Part shown: positions 1-13,730 of the stretch, one piece after another
Position numbering within the stretch: position 1 is the first letter of the stretch
Layout of the letters: each line of letters opens with the position of its first letter
Source: Heterodontus francisci
Lineage: Eukaryota
Length of the DNA stretch: 64,000 nt
NCBI RefSeq assembly: GCF_036365525.1
Contig: NC_090404.1
Span: 4,030,001-4,094,000 of the forward strand
Reading direction: 5' to 3'
Notes under the pieces: model-generated
Told to the model about the DNA's origin: nothing
Database searches by the model: none
What the model saw: only the letters and a program-made list of their open reading frames with translations
Position numbers and translations under genes: made by a program

Positions 1-1760
1 AGCAGGGGGGTACTTAAAAAAGTAGTTAGGAGAGAGAAGAGTAGATAAGAAAAAACACTGGCAGGCTAGATAAAGGAAAATTCTAAAGCGTTTTCTAAGT
101 ATATTAAGGGTAAGAGGATAACCAGGGACCAAAGGTGCAATCTCTGTGTGGAGCCGGAGGACATTGGTGAGGTTTTAAATGATTACTTTTAATCTGAGTT
201 CACCATAGAGAAGGTCAATGTTGGTGTAGAGATCAGGGAAGGGGATTGTGATATACTTGAACATATTAGCATTGAAAGGGAGGAAGTATTAGCGGTTCTG
301 GTGGGCTTAAAAGTGGATGAATCCCCAGGCCCAGATGAGATGCATCCCAGGCGGTTATGTGAGGCAAGGGAAGAGATAGCATGGACTCTGACACAAATTT
401 TCAAATCTGCTCTGGCCACAGGAGAGGTACCAGAGGATTGGAGGACAGCGAATGTGGTACCATTATTCAAGAGGGGGAGTAGGGATAAACCAGGGAATTA
501 CAGGCCGGTGAGTGTAACATCAGTGGTAAGGAAATTATTGGAAAAAACTCTGAGGGATAGGATTAATCTCCACTTGGAGAGGCAGGGATTAATCAGGGAT
601 AGGGAGCATGGCTTTGTCAGGGGGAGATCGTGTCTAACTAACTAGATTGAATGTTACAAGGCGGTGACTCAATGGATAGATGAGGATAAAGCAGTTGATA
701 TTCTACATGGACTTCAGTCAGGTTTTTGATAAGGTCCCACATGGGAGATTGTTTAAAAAGATAAGATCTCATGGGATCCAGGGCAATTTGGCATATTGGA
801 TCCAAAATTGGCTCAGTAGCAGGAGGCAGAGGGTTATGGTTGAGGGTTGTTTTTGCAAGTGGAAGCCTTTGACCAGTGGTGTACCGCAGGGATCGGTGCT
901 GGGACCCATACTGTTTGTAGTGTACATTAATGATTTAGGCGTGAATATAGGAGGTGTGATCAGTAAGTTCGCAGATGACATGAAAATTGGTGGTGCCGTA
1001 AATAGTGAGGAGGATGGCCTTCCATTACAGGACGATATCGATGGGCTGGTAAGATGGGCAGAACCGTGGCAAATAGAATTTAATCCTGAGAAGTGTGAGG
1101 TGATGCATTTTTGGAGTACTAATCAGGCAAGGGAATATATCGTGGATGGCAGGACCCTATGAAGTACAGAGGGTCAGAGGGACCTTGGTGTAATTGTCCA
1201 TAGATCACTGAAAGCAGCAGCACAGGTAGATAAGATGGTTAATATAAAAGCAAAGTACTGCGGATGCTGGAAATCTGAAACAAAAACAAGAAATGCTGGA
1301 ATCACTCAGCAGGTCTGGCAGCATCTGTGGAAAGAGAAGCAGAGTTCACGTTTCAGGTCAGTGACCCTTCTTCGGATAAGATGTTTAGCAGGGCAGATGA
1401 AAATTATTAGAGGCATTTATGGGATCGATAGGAAGAAACATTTTCCCTCATGCGGATAGGTCAATAACTAGGGGACATAGATTTAAGATAAGGGGCAGGA
1501 GTTTTAGAGGGGAGTGGAGGAAAGAAAATTCACCCAGAGGTTGATTGGAATCTGGAACACACTGCCTGAAGAGGTTGTAGAGGCAGGAACACACACGACA
1601 TTTAAGAAGTATTTAGATGAGCACTTGAAATGCCATAGTATACAAGACTATGGGTCAAGTGCGGGCAAGTGGGATTAGTTTTGGACAGGTGCTTGATGGT
1701 CAGCGCAGGGGCGCTGGGCCGAAGGGCCTGCTTCTGTGGTGTAAAGCTCTATGACTCTAT
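1..1760 (+). mobile_element. Decayed CR1 LINE, ORF2 (RT) to 3' end, interrupted by a Penelope-end fragment
   Basis: Broken ORFs with CR1 RT motifs ([30 protein letters not shown]); 3' stem-loop GGGCCGAAGGGCC and tail ctctatgactctat at about 1747-1760. Confidence 0.9.
1244..1376 (-). mobile_element. Penelope-like element terminal fragment with hammerhead-like core
   Basis: Same motif as the ends of the Penelope RT/GIY-YIG fragments at 24220, 40900 and 42305; minus strand reads CCGAAGA-AGGGTC-ACT-GACCT-GAAACG. Confidence 0.6.
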
Positions 1761-2240
1761 AGGATTCTTGACTTTATGAGCCGAGGCATTGAATATAAGA
1801 GCAGGGAAGTTATGATGGAGCTGTATAAAACACTGGTTAGGCCACAGCTGGAGTACTGTGAACAGTTCTGGGCACCACACTATTGGAAGGATGTGATTGC
1901 ACTGGAGAGGGTGCAGAGGAGATTCAGCAGGATGTTGCCTGGGCTGGAGCATTTCAGCTCTGCAGAGAGACTGAAAAGGCTAGGGTTGTTTTACTTAGAG
2001 CAGAGAAGGCTGAGGGGGAACATGATTGAGGTTTACAAAATAATGAGGGGCGGTGATAGGTTAGATAGGAAGAAAATGTTTCCCTCAGCGGAGGCGCCAA
2101 TCACCAGGGAGCATAGATTTAAGGTAAGGGGCAGGAGGTTTAGAAGGGATTTGAGGAATTTGTTTTTCACTCTGAGGATGGTTGGAATCTGGAATGCACT
2201 GCATGAAGAGGTGGTGGAGGCAGGAACCCTCACAACATTT
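1761..2240 (+). mobile_element. CR1 ORF2 C-terminal fragment
   Basis: ORF 1776: LYKTLVRPQLEYC..W.PH..LERVQRRF. Confidence 0.9.
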
Positions 2241-2432
2241 ACACTATATTACACTAGACCATGTTTCAGTTATGACTGGACTTCGTTGCATCTCTGTTTA
2301 TATTACACTAGACACTATCTCTGTTCTTACTGCACCAGTCCCTGTCTCTGTTTATATTACACTGGACCCTCTCTCGGTTTATATTACACTGGGCCATGTT
2401 GGTTTTTCACTGCACTCGGCCATGTTTCCAGT
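2240..2432. repeat. Degenerate ~30-bp minisatellite (tctgtttatattacactRgac); reverse-complement relatives at about 3380-4030 and 13940-14260
   Basis: Recurrent tatattacact motif; gtgtaatataa/cagagacag in the other two blocks. Confidence 0.6.
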
Positions 2433-3126
2433 AGATGAAGAGATATAATTATAAATAAAGATGTTAGACTGGAAATTGGTATCAGGTTACGGCCGAATGG
2501 ACGCTTTTGGCTCGGCCGCCCTTTCTACCCAGGGCCTGGTGTTCAATTTCATTGCAGTCAACGGAGTTGCTGTGTCTCCCGGGTGGTCAATCCAATTGCG
2601 ACGCTTTCTGTGCCACTGCCTGAAACCAATTTCCATCTTGTGTGTCTGTGTGTTTGGCGGGTGCAATCATTTGCTGTATGGAAGAATACCTTTAATCTTG
2701 TTAATACCTATCAGTAGCTTATGTGAAATTTCTAATTGCTCTGGTATTATGTGGGTAATATTTGTGTTGAAAGGATGGGCTGAATCTTGCAACAAGCTCC
2801 CAGAGACGGACTGGGTGGGATTGAAGGACAGGACTAAAGGTCAGTAATAGTGTACTGCACTTTACAACACTTGGTAACAAACTCTGTTGTGTTAAAGTGT
2901 ACTAATTCACACTTGTGTTGTACTGTGACAATTCCTCACTTTTTAATGTTCAGGATATTTTAGTCGCTGCGGGATTTTCAATTTCGAGTTCACCTGACCT
3001 CGTGATTGTGTTCGAAACAGCCTGGAACAGTGACCCCGCAGCCCCAACCGACAGGCTGCCGCAGGGTCCTAATGTCCACCAAGTTCAATCATCTGATCAA
3101 CAGGGACAACTGAAATGAAAACACAC

Positions 3127-3278
3127 NNNNNNNNNNNNNNNNNNNNNNNNNNNNNNNNNNNNNNNNNNNNNNNNNNNNNNNNNNNNNNNNNNNNNNNNNN
3201 NNNNNNNNNNNNNNNNNNNNNNNNNNNNNNNNNNNNNNNNNNNNNNNNNNNNNNNNNNNNNNNNNNNNNNNNNNNNNN
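3127..3278. other. Assembly gap (152 N)
   Basis: Run of N. Confidence 1.
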
Positions 3279-4696
3279 ATTGCAAGGTGGTTCCACATCG
3301 TTATATAATCTATTTCACTCGATTGTTTCTGCATTTTATTTCCTTTTATTCAAACTGTAATTGCAGATTGTTTAATACCGTGTGATATAAACAGAGATAT
3401 GGCCCCGTGCAATTATAACAGAGAGACAGGACATCAGGTGAAACTATAAGAACCATGTCTTGATGTAATCGTTATTGAAACAATACTTCGTACAATAATA
3501 ACTGAAAGTGGTTATAGTGCAAGACTAACAGAAGCAGGGTTAGCATTCACAATACCAGAAACATGGTCCTACTGAAAAGTGACAGAGACAAAGTCTCCAG
3601 CAATAATAATAGAGGTGTGCACTAGAATTGGAATAACGGACAGGTTATTTTTCTAAAAATAAGAATGGCAATGTGTAACAATTACACAGACAGGGTCTAA
3701 TACAATAAGAGTAGAGGCAGGATCCAGAGTATAACAGCAAAGACGTGGCTTACTTTGAGTGTAACAAAGGCAGTGTTTGATCCAATAATAACAGAGGCAG
3801 GCTGCAGTGTATTACTGAACACATCACTATATCCAGTGTGATGATAACACAGTCAGTATCCAGTGCATCAAAACCAAAGCTTTGGTCTCCTATCATAGTG
3901 CAAGTGAGTCAGAATCTATTGACATAACGTCAAATACTTTGCCTAACACCTCATAACAGAGTCAATGTCCACTGCAGTTTGAATGGGATGGGCTTAGTGT
4001 AATAACGCAGGCACTGTCTGGTGTAATGGGAGCTGGGAAAAGATCATGTCAGCATTGACACTCTCAGCCTCAGTCAGAAGGTGTGGGATCAAGCCCCACT
4101 CCAGACACTCGACTGCATAATCTAGGCCGATGCTCCCGTTGCCAATATAAATGCAAGTCGTTCTGTTCTTTTGCCCACTATTTTGTTAGACTCAGAAGGA
4201 GTGAGGGGAATGGCAGATGGAGCAATTCTAGGCAATTTCTCCATCTAGCGAGGCAGGGGTTCTGGTGACATAATTGCAAGTTTGACGTGACTGCCCACTC
4301 CTAAAAGACCTCTTCGCCCTCTCCCACTAATAATCACAGAGGTCGGCTCAAGGGTATCAATAACAAAGGCTGCCTTTACTGCAGGAACTCTTACCTTGAG
4401 AGAGGCAGGGGGTCTAATAAACACCCGATTGTAATAGGAAGACAAAGAGCAGGTAAGCACTGACGTTTTGAGCCTAGTACAGGCTTCTGTGTTATGGTGA
4501 GTGAAACAGGGAGTAGTGTGAAAAAATAGGAATGGAAACATCATGACAGGCACATGTGGCTGACTCCACCTGACTAAGCTGATGCACAAAAGGGGGTGAC
4601 CATGAGGACAGGGCGTACTCCAGAGATTTCTGATATCTGAGGTGGCAATGGTGCATGTCTCAGAGGAACTGAAAAGAAACTGTTTCTTCTCATCTG

Positions 4697-5165
4697 TCAG
4701 CTGTGCCTCAGTTTTTACAACGCTCACCTTTGAGTCATAAGCTTCCAGGTTCAAGACCCAATCCGGGGCTTGAGAGCAAAAATCAAGGCTGATACAGTAG
4801 TGCAGCATTGAGGGAGCACAGCACTGCCAGAGGTGCCGTCTTTCAGATGAGATGTTAAACCGAGGCCCAAATCTACTTGCTCGGGTGGATGTAAAAGCTC
4901 TCTGGTACTATTTGGAAGAAGAACAAAGGAGTTATCCCCAGTGTCCTGGTCAAGGTTTATCCCTCAATCAACATCACAAAAACAGATTATCTAGTCTTTA
5001 TCGCATTGCTGCTTGTGGGAGTTTGCTGTTTGTAAACTGGCTGATATGTTTCCTGCATTACAACAGTGACTACACTTCAAAAGTACTTCATGGATTCTAA
5101 AGCATTTTGAGATGTCCGGTGGTTGTGAAAAGCGTGATATAAATGCAAGTCTTTCCTTTCCTTTT
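4697..5165 (+). mobile_element. tRNA-derived SINE, DeuSINE/SacSINE-like
   Basis: B-box ggttcaagaccc, central gaggtgccgtctttcagatgagatgttaaaccgaggccc, tail tatataaatgcaagtctttcctttc; partial copy at about 4050-4160. Confidence 0.7.
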
Positions 5166-6289
5166 TGCAGTCGCTGTGTTGCACAGGAACATCGGGGCCG
5201 GATCTGACAATTCGTAGAAACCAATGTTTTAAATCTTTTGCTAAAGCCAATTAAATTCAAAGTTCAAACCTCACCAGAGGAAAGTTCAGAGTTGTGCAAA
5301 AATGAGTGAGCTGTCCAATTAATCCCATTGTTCATATCGCTGCCAATTTGCACCCCCCACCCCCACTCCACCACAACCATCTTTATGGCAACAAAACCAA
5401 AAGGGGAGATGACAAGAATTTTGTTTTAATACAGAGATTTTCTGTGATCTGGAATGCACACCATGAAAGGGTGCTTGAAGCAGATTGAACAGTAACTTTC
5501 AAAGGGAACTGGATAAATACCTGAGGGGAGAGGGGAGATTGTTGCAGGATTCACCCCATCCTTTCAACACAAATATTACCCACATAATACCAGAGCAATT
5601 AGAAATTTCAAACAGCTACTGATAGCTATTAACAAGGTTAAAGATATTCTTCCAGACAGAAAATGATTACACCCGCCCTATTTTGAACACTTCTATTAAA
5701 TAGTAACACACGCAGGTGGAGAGAGAGAGAGAGAAAGAGAGAGAAAAACAGACACTTTTAAAAAGGCAGAAACACGAGGTGGTGAGAGATAAAAGCTGAG
5801 AAATAGAGAAAACAAGGAACACACAGAGAGAATGGCATAAAATTAAAGGGAGCAAACTGCCAGCTGCCGGTTTCAGAGAGCAGAGGGAGCTCAGTGACTG
5901 ATCCACAGACATGGTCAGTTATGTCCGGAAATGGAGACTCGAAACAGAAACAACAGGTTCATTTGTAAATGTCACCACAATGTGATCTGTGTGACTCTGC
6001 ACCGACTCTGTGGACAGATATAGGCCGCCTTGGCATATGTTTCCACCAGATTGTGGCCCCTGGATTTATTTTCTGCTCAGAAGTGAGATGTGTGGTTTGG
6101 AACCGGCAGAAGAGAAACAGGAAGTTGTGTTGCCTGAGAATGAAATAGCAGGTGTCAATTTCAGGTTGTCACCATAAACAGTCTTCCTGCCTGTGAGGGT
6201 GGATTCAATCTGACAGCACCAAGAACAAGCTCACAAATTGCTTCTGGTCTCAACATCGCGTTCACCTCCATTCACATTTAATTCACATT

Positions 6290-6845
6290 TGATTCAGTGA
6301 GTTCAGTCTGCGAGAGAGGAGAGAGGTTCATTGAGTTCAGTCTGAGCAAGAGGAGAGAGGTTCAGTGCGTTCAGTCTGAGAGGAGAGAAATTCAATGAGT
6401 TCAGTCTGAGACAGTGCAGAGAGGTTCAGTGAGTTCAGTCTGAGAGAGAGGAGATTGATTCAGTGAGTTCAGTCTGACAGAAAGGAGAGAAATTCAATGA
6501 GTTCCGTCTGAGAGACAGGAGAGAGATTCAGTGAGTTCAGTCTGAGAGAGAGGAGAGAGATTCAGTGTGTTCAGTCTGAGAGAGAGGAGAGAGGTTCAGT
6601 GAGTTCAGTCTGAGAGAGAGGGGATAGGTCCAGTGAGTTCACTCTGAGCGAGAGAAGAGAGATTCAGTGAGTTCAGTCTGAAGGAGAGGAGAGAGATTCA
6701 GTGAGTTCAGACTGAGAGAGAGGAGAGAGATTCAGTGAGTTCAGTCTGAGAGAGAGGAGAGAGATTCGGTGAGTTCAGTCTGAGAGAGGAGAGAGCTTCA
6801 GTGACTTCATTGCATCTGAGAGAGAGGTTCAATGAGTTCAGTGAC
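6290..6845. repeat. ~32-bp minisatellite (ttcagtgagttcagtctgagagagaggagagaR), about 17 units
   Basis: Directly visible tandem units. Confidence 0.9.
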
Positions 6846-7419
6846 AGACGTGTTCGCCTGGGAATTGGAAGAGTCTGTGTGAGATCACTTTCTCAACAAG
6901 ACCACACAACAGAATGTGTTGTGAATAGGTGTTATCGTTATTGAATGATACGTAATGCTATTACATTTTGAATAAATTGAAATTGAATAAAATGTTGTAA
7001 AACGCTTTGTGCACATAATCACTTATGTTCGTGCAATGCATTGCATGCATTGAGAAGTATGTGTTCTGGGCGCGCCGTATCCACACACAACACACACACA
7101 CATGTGCCTCACACACGGTCACCCACAAACCACACAACCACACCCACAGAGCATACCACACACATGCACATATGCACACACAGAAACATTTTGTTTTAGC
7201 TGGTTTCAGTTGCACCACTGAACTAGTTGATGAAAATCTAATCAGTTGGACATTAGGAACTTACGGCAGCCCATCTGGTGGTGCTGGGAGGACACGGTTC
7301 CAGACTCTGTCCAACACAATCTGTGGGTCAGGCGAAAGTTAAACAGAAATTCCTGCAGAAAAAAAAAATCCTTAACATTAAAAAAAAAATTATCAGCAAT
7401 GGAGACAGTACAACACAAA

Positions 7420-10400
7420 TATCATAGAGTTATGCAGGACACAAACAGGCCCTTCGGCCCATTGTGTCTTTCCCGTTCATCAAGCACCTAACTATTCTAA
7501 TCCCATTTTCCAGCCATTGGATCAGAGCCTTGTATAATATGGCGTTTCAGGTGCTCATCTATGTACTTCTTGTTGTGAGGGTTCCTGCCTCTACCACCTC
7601 TTCAAGCAGTGCATTCTCGATTCCAACCACTCTCTGGGTGAAAATGTTTTCCTCAAATCCACTCTAAACCTCCTGCACCTTACCTTAAAACTATGCCCCC
7701 TGGTTACTGACCGCTCGGCTAAGGGAAAATGTTTCTTCCTATCTAACCTATCAATGCCCCTCATAATTTTGTCTCCCTCAATCATATCTCCCCTCACCCT
7801 TCTCTGCTCCAAGGAAAACAACCGTAGCCTTTTCAGTCTCTCTGCATAGCTGAAATGCTCCAGCCCAAGCAGCATCCTGGTGAATCTTCTCAGCACCCTC
7901 TCCAGTGCAATCACATCCTTCCTATAGTGTGGTGCCCAGAACTGTGCACAGTACTCTAGCTGTGGCCTAACTGGCATTTTATACAGCTGCATCATAACCT
8001 CCCTGCTCTGAAATTCTATGCCTTGGCTCATGAAGGCAAGTATCCCATATGCTTTCCTAACCACCTTATCTACCTGTGCTGCTGCCTTAAGTGATCTATG
8101 GACAAGTATACCAAGGTCCCTCTGACCCTCTGTATTTCCTAGGGTCCTACCATCCGTTGTATATTCCCCTGCCTTGTTAGTCCTCTCAAAATGCATCACA
8201 TCACACTTCTCAGGATTAAATTCCATTTGCCAAAGCTCCACCCATCTTACCAGCCCATCAACATCGGCCTGTAATCTGAGGCTTTCCTCCTCACTATTTA
8301 TGACACCACCAATTTTCGTGTCATCTGCGAACCTACTTACCATACCTCCTATGTTCACGTCTAAATCAATAATGTACACTAAAAACAGCAAGGGTCGCAG
8401 CAACAATCCCTGTGGTACACTATTGGTCACAGGCTTCCACTCACAAAAACAACCCTCGACCATGACCCTCTGCCTCCTGCCACTGAGCCCATTTTGGATC
8501 CAATTTGCCAATTTGCTTCTTGACCAATCTCCCATGTGGGACCTTATCAAAAGCCTTACTGAAGTCCATAAATACTACATCAACTGCTTTATTCTCATCT
8601 ACAAAATGTCATCACCGCCTCAAAAAATTCACTCAAGCTAGTCAGACACGATCTCCCACTGACAAAGCAATGCTGACTATCCCTGATTAATCCCTGCCTC
8701 TCCAATTGGAGATTAATCCTGTCCCTCAGAGATTTTTCCAATAGTTTCCCAACCAATGATATTAGACTCACTGGCCTGTAATTACCTGGTTTATCCCTGC
8801 TACCCTTCTTAAATAATGGTACCACATTCGCGGTCCTCCAATTCTCTGGTACCTCTCCTGTGGCCAGAGAGGATTTGAAACTTTGAGTCAGAGCCCCTGC
8901 TACCTCCTCCCTTGCCTCACATAACAGCCTGTGTTACATCTCATCTGGGCGTGGGGATTTGTACAGTTTTAAGCCCGATATAACTGCTAATACTTCTTCC
9001 CTTTCAATGCTAATATGTTCAAGTATATCACAATCCCCCTCCCTGATCTCTACACCGACATCGTCCTTCTCCATAGTGAACACAGATGAAAAGTAATCAT
9101 TTAAAACCTCACCTATGTTCTCCGGCTCCACACACAGAATGCCACTTTGGTCCCTAATGGGTCCTACTCTTTCCCTGGTTATCCTCTTGCCTTCAATATA
9201 CTTGCAAAACGCCTTAGGATTTTCCTTTATCTTGCCTGCCAGTGTTTTTTCATGTCCCCTCTTCGCTCTCCTAATTACTAATTTAAGTACCCCCCGACAA
9301 TTTCGATACTCCTCTAGTGCCTCCACTGTTTTCAGCACACTGAATGTGCCATAAGTTTCCGTTTTTTTACTGATCCAATCCTCTATATCCCTTAACATCC
9401 AGGGTTCCCTGAACTTGTTGGTTCTACCCTTCACCTTACTGGTTACATGTTGGCTCTGAACTCTCACTATTTCCTCTTTGAATGACTCCCACTGATCTGA
9501 TGTCGACTTTCCTACAAGTAGCTGCTCTCAGTCCACTTTGGCCAGATCATGTTTTATCATCCGAAAATCGGTCTTCTCCCAATTCAGAACCTTTATTTTC
9601 CGTCCATCTTTGTCCTTTTCCATAACTACCTTAAATCTTGCAGAGTTATGGACACTATCCCCGAAATGTTCCCCCACTGACACTTCTCCCACTTGTCCGG
9701 CTTCATTCCCTAGGATTAGGTCCAGTACTGTCCCTTCTCTTGTTTGGACTATCTACGTACTGGCTCAAAAAGCTCTCCTGTATGCATTTTAAGAATTCTG
9801 CCCCCTTTAAGCTATTTGCACTGAGTCGATCCCAGTTGATATTGGGGAAGTTGAAATTCCCTGCTATTATTACCCTATTATTTTTACATCTCTCTGAGAT
9901 TTGCCTACATATCTGCTCCTCTATCTCTCCCTGACTATTTGGAGGCCTGTAGTACACTCCCAGCCAAGTGATTGCCCCATTTGTGTTTTTAAGTTCTACC
10001 CATTTGAGGAACCTTCTAAGATATCATCCCTCCTCATTGCAATAATTGACTCCTTGATCAACAGTGCAAGGCCAACTCCTCTTTTACACCCTCCCCTATC
10101 AGGCCTGAAGATTCTATTCCCTGGGATACTGAGCTGCCAGCACTGCCCTTCCCTCAACAATGACCCTGCGACAGTAATAATACCATATTCCCATGTGTTA
10201 ATCAACACCCTCAATTCATCTGCCTTACTTGTAAGACTCCTTGCATTAAAATAGATGCAATCCAGCCTTGAATTTTGCACTTGTGCCTTAACAGGTCTAT
10301 ATTTGCTCTGCCTTCCAGATTGACTCAGTTTATGTCGATGACTGTGCATCACCCTCCACGATACCTACACTCAGTATCCCATCCCCCTGCCAAGTTAGTT

Positions 10401-10780
10401 TAAACCACACACCCCCACACCCAGCAACAGCACCAGCAAACCTCCCAGCAAGGATGTTGGCCCGTTCTGGTTCAGGTGCAACCCGTGCAACTTGTTCAGG
10501 TCCCAAATTTGCTGGAAACAGACCCAGTGATCCAGGAAACTAAAGCCTTCCCTCCTGCACCACCTCCTCAGCCACGCATTCATCTGCTCTATCCTACTAA
10601 TCCTATACTCACCAGCACGTGGCACCGAGAGTAATCCAGGGATTACAACCTTTGAGATCCTGCTTGTTAATCTTCTTCCTAGCTCACTAAATTCTTGTTA
10701 CAGGACCTCATCCCTCTTTTCACCTATGTCGTTGGTGCCAAAGTGTACTACGACCTCTGACTGTTCCCCTCCCCTTTCAG
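7420..10780 (-). mobile_element. Decayed long CR1 (ORF1 C-terminus, ORF2, 3' end)
   Basis: Minus ORFs 10395-10625 (esterase end, LHGLHLNQ...GLN*), 9996-10352 (CIYFNARSL, APE), 7591-8550 (RT). Confidence 0.92.
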
Positions 10781-11220
10781 AATATGTATTAGTAAACTTT
10801 GACACAACAGAGTGTGTCACTAAGTAATGTAAAGCGCAGTGCACTATTGCTCACCTTTAGTCCTGTCCCTCAATCCCAGTTCATCTCTGGGAGACTGTTG
10901 CAGGATTCAACCCATCCTTTCAACACCAATATTACCCACATAATAAAGAGCAATTAGAAATTGAAAACAGCTGCTGATAATTATTCACAAAACTAAACGT
11001 ATTTTTCGTACGAAAAATGAATAATTCCTCACACACAAATGTTTATCTTTATATGTATTAATATGTATGACTGTCACTGTCGTCCCATCTAGCTATATGT
11101 CTGTCTATCTCCCAATCTATCTGTTTGTCTGTCGCGCTATATGGCTAGCCAGCTATCAAGCTATTTGTGTGGCTATTTGTCTATCTATCTATCTATCTAT
11201 CTATCTGTCTATCTATCTAT

Positions 11221-13730
11221 CAGAATATAAGAAATAGGAGCAGGAGTCGGTCATTCAGCCCCTCGAGCTAGCTTTGTTGTTCAATCAGATTATGGGCTGA
11301 TCTGCTCATGACCTTAACTCCACTTTCCTGCCTGTCCACCATAACCCTTGACTCTCTTATAAAGCAAAAATTTGTCCAACTCACCTTTGAATATATACAA
11401 TGACCCAGCTTCCACTGCCCTCTGGGGAAGAGAATTCCAACCACTAACGACCCTCTGAGAGAAGAAATTCCTCTTCCTCCGTCTTAAATGGGAGACCCCT
11501 TATTTAGAGACTGTGCCCCCGAGTTCTAGATTCCCCTATGAGGGGAAACATCCTCTCTGCAGCTACCCTTTCAAACCCCCTCAGAATCTTATATGTTTCA
11601 ATAAGGTCATCTCTTATTCTTCTAAACTCCAATGAGTATAGGCCCAACCTACTGAACCATTTCTCATACGACAGCCCTTCATCCCAGTCACTGGACTAGT
11701 AATCCAGATGCCCAGGCTAGTGCTCTGGGGACATGGGTTAGAATCCCACCACGGCAGATGGTGAAATTTGAATTCAATTAATAAACCTGGAATTGTAAAT
11801 ACTAGTCTAATGTTGACCATGAAACCATGTCGATTGTTTCTAAAAACCCATCTGGTTCACTCATGTCCTTTCAAGAATGAAATCTGCCGTCCTTGCCTTG
11901 TTTGGCCTACATGTGACTGCAGGCCCAGAGCAATGTGGTTGACTCTTAAAATGCCCTCTGAAATGGCCTCGCAAGCCATTCAGTTCAAGGCCAAATAAAG
12001 ATGGGCAATAAATGTTCCCTTAGCCAGAGATGCCCATATCCCATGAACAAATAAAAGAAAGGGAATCGGCCTCGTGAAACTTCTCTGAACTGCTTCCAAT
12101 GCAAGTACATCCCTCCTTCTGTAAGAAGACCAAAACTGTACCAATGCCCTGTGCAGTTGTAGCTAAATTTCCCTACTTTTATACACCACCGTCCTTGCAA
12201 TAAACACCAACATTCCATTTGCCTTCCTTATTACTTGCTGTATCTGCATGCTAACTTTTTGTGATGCCTGCACAAGGATACCCAGATCCCTCTGTACCAC
12301 AGCATTCTGCAGTCTCTCTCCCTGTAAATATTATTCTGCTTTTCTATCCTCCTGCATTAAACTCCATCTGCCAAATTCTTGCCCAGTCTCTTAACCTATC
12401 TATATGTCTTTGCAGACAGTTGTGTCTTCCTTACAACTTGCTTTCCGAACAATTGTCCACAAATTTGGCTACATACACTCGGTCCTTTCATCCAAGTCAT
12501 AAATATAGATTGTAAATAGTTGAGGCCCAAGCACTGATCCCTGTGGCAGTCCACTAGTTATGGTTTGCCAACCTGAAAATGTGCCACTTACCCTGTCTCT
12601 CTGTTTCCTGTTAATTATCCAATCCTCTATGTATGCGAACATATTACCCCCAACACCATGAGCTCTTATCTTGTGTAATAAACTTTTTTGTGGCAGCTTA
12701 TCGAACGCCTTTTGGAAATCCAAAAACACATCTGTTGGTTCCATATTCTCCACCCTGCTTGTTACATCGTCAAAGCACTGCAATAAATTTGCCAAATACA
12801 ATTTCCTTTTCATAAACCATGTTGACTCTACCTGGCTGCATGATAGAGTCATAGAGTCATAACGGTACAGGAGGAGGCCATTCAGCCCACCGAGTCCATG
12901 CTGGCTCTCTGGAGAGCAATCCAATCAATCCTGTTCACCAGCTCCATCCCTGTTGCCCTGAAAATGTATTTCTCTCAAGTGCTCATCCAATTTCCTATTG
13001 AAATCATTCATCATCTCTGCTTCCACACTCTCGTGGGCAACAAGTTCCATGTCATTACCACTCGATGTATAAAGCAGTTCATCCTTATATAACCACTGCA
13101 TCTGTAGCCAAAAACCTTAAAATTGTATCCTCTAATCCTTGCACCATCAGCGAATGGGAATAGATTTGCTTTATCTACTCTATCCAAACCTGTCATAATC
13201 TTGCATACCTCTATCAACTCTCTCCTCAGTCGCCTTTGCTCCAAGAAGAACAACACCAGATTCTCCAACCTAACCTTGTAGCTAACATTCCTCATCTCTG
13301 GGGCCATTCTTATAAATCTCCTCTGCACCCTCACATCCTTCCTAAGTGTGGTGACCAGTACTAGATGCAATACTTTAGTTGTGGCCTAACCCGAGCTTTA
13401 CAGAGGCTCAGCAGAACATCCCTGCCTTTGTGCTCAATGCTTCTATTTTTGAAGCCCAAGATCGCAAATGCTTTGTTAACTCCTCTCTTACTATGTCCTG
13501 CTACGTTGAACGATCTATACACATGAACCTCCAGTTCCCTCTGCCCCTGGACACTCTTTGGAACTGTAACATTTGGTCTATACTGCCTCGGCTTACCCCT
13601 TTTGTCAAAATGCATCGCCTCACATATCTCTGTAATAACTTCCATCTGCCACTTGCCTGTCCGTTATACTTGCCTATCTATGTACTTTTGTAGTTGATTT
13701 GTATCATCCTCATTGTCTGCCAAATGATTT
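11221..13730 (-). mobile_element. Nested decayed CR1 fragments with an inserted SINE at about 11686-12060
   Basis: Minus ORFs with [23 protein letters not shown]; tRNA-like B-box gggttagaatcccacc at about 11735. Confidence 0.8.

Noticed and set aside
6290-6845. Ig class-switch-like region
   Set aside because: Not AGCT/WGCW-rich and about 50 kb from the C exons on their 3' side; an ordinary minisatellite
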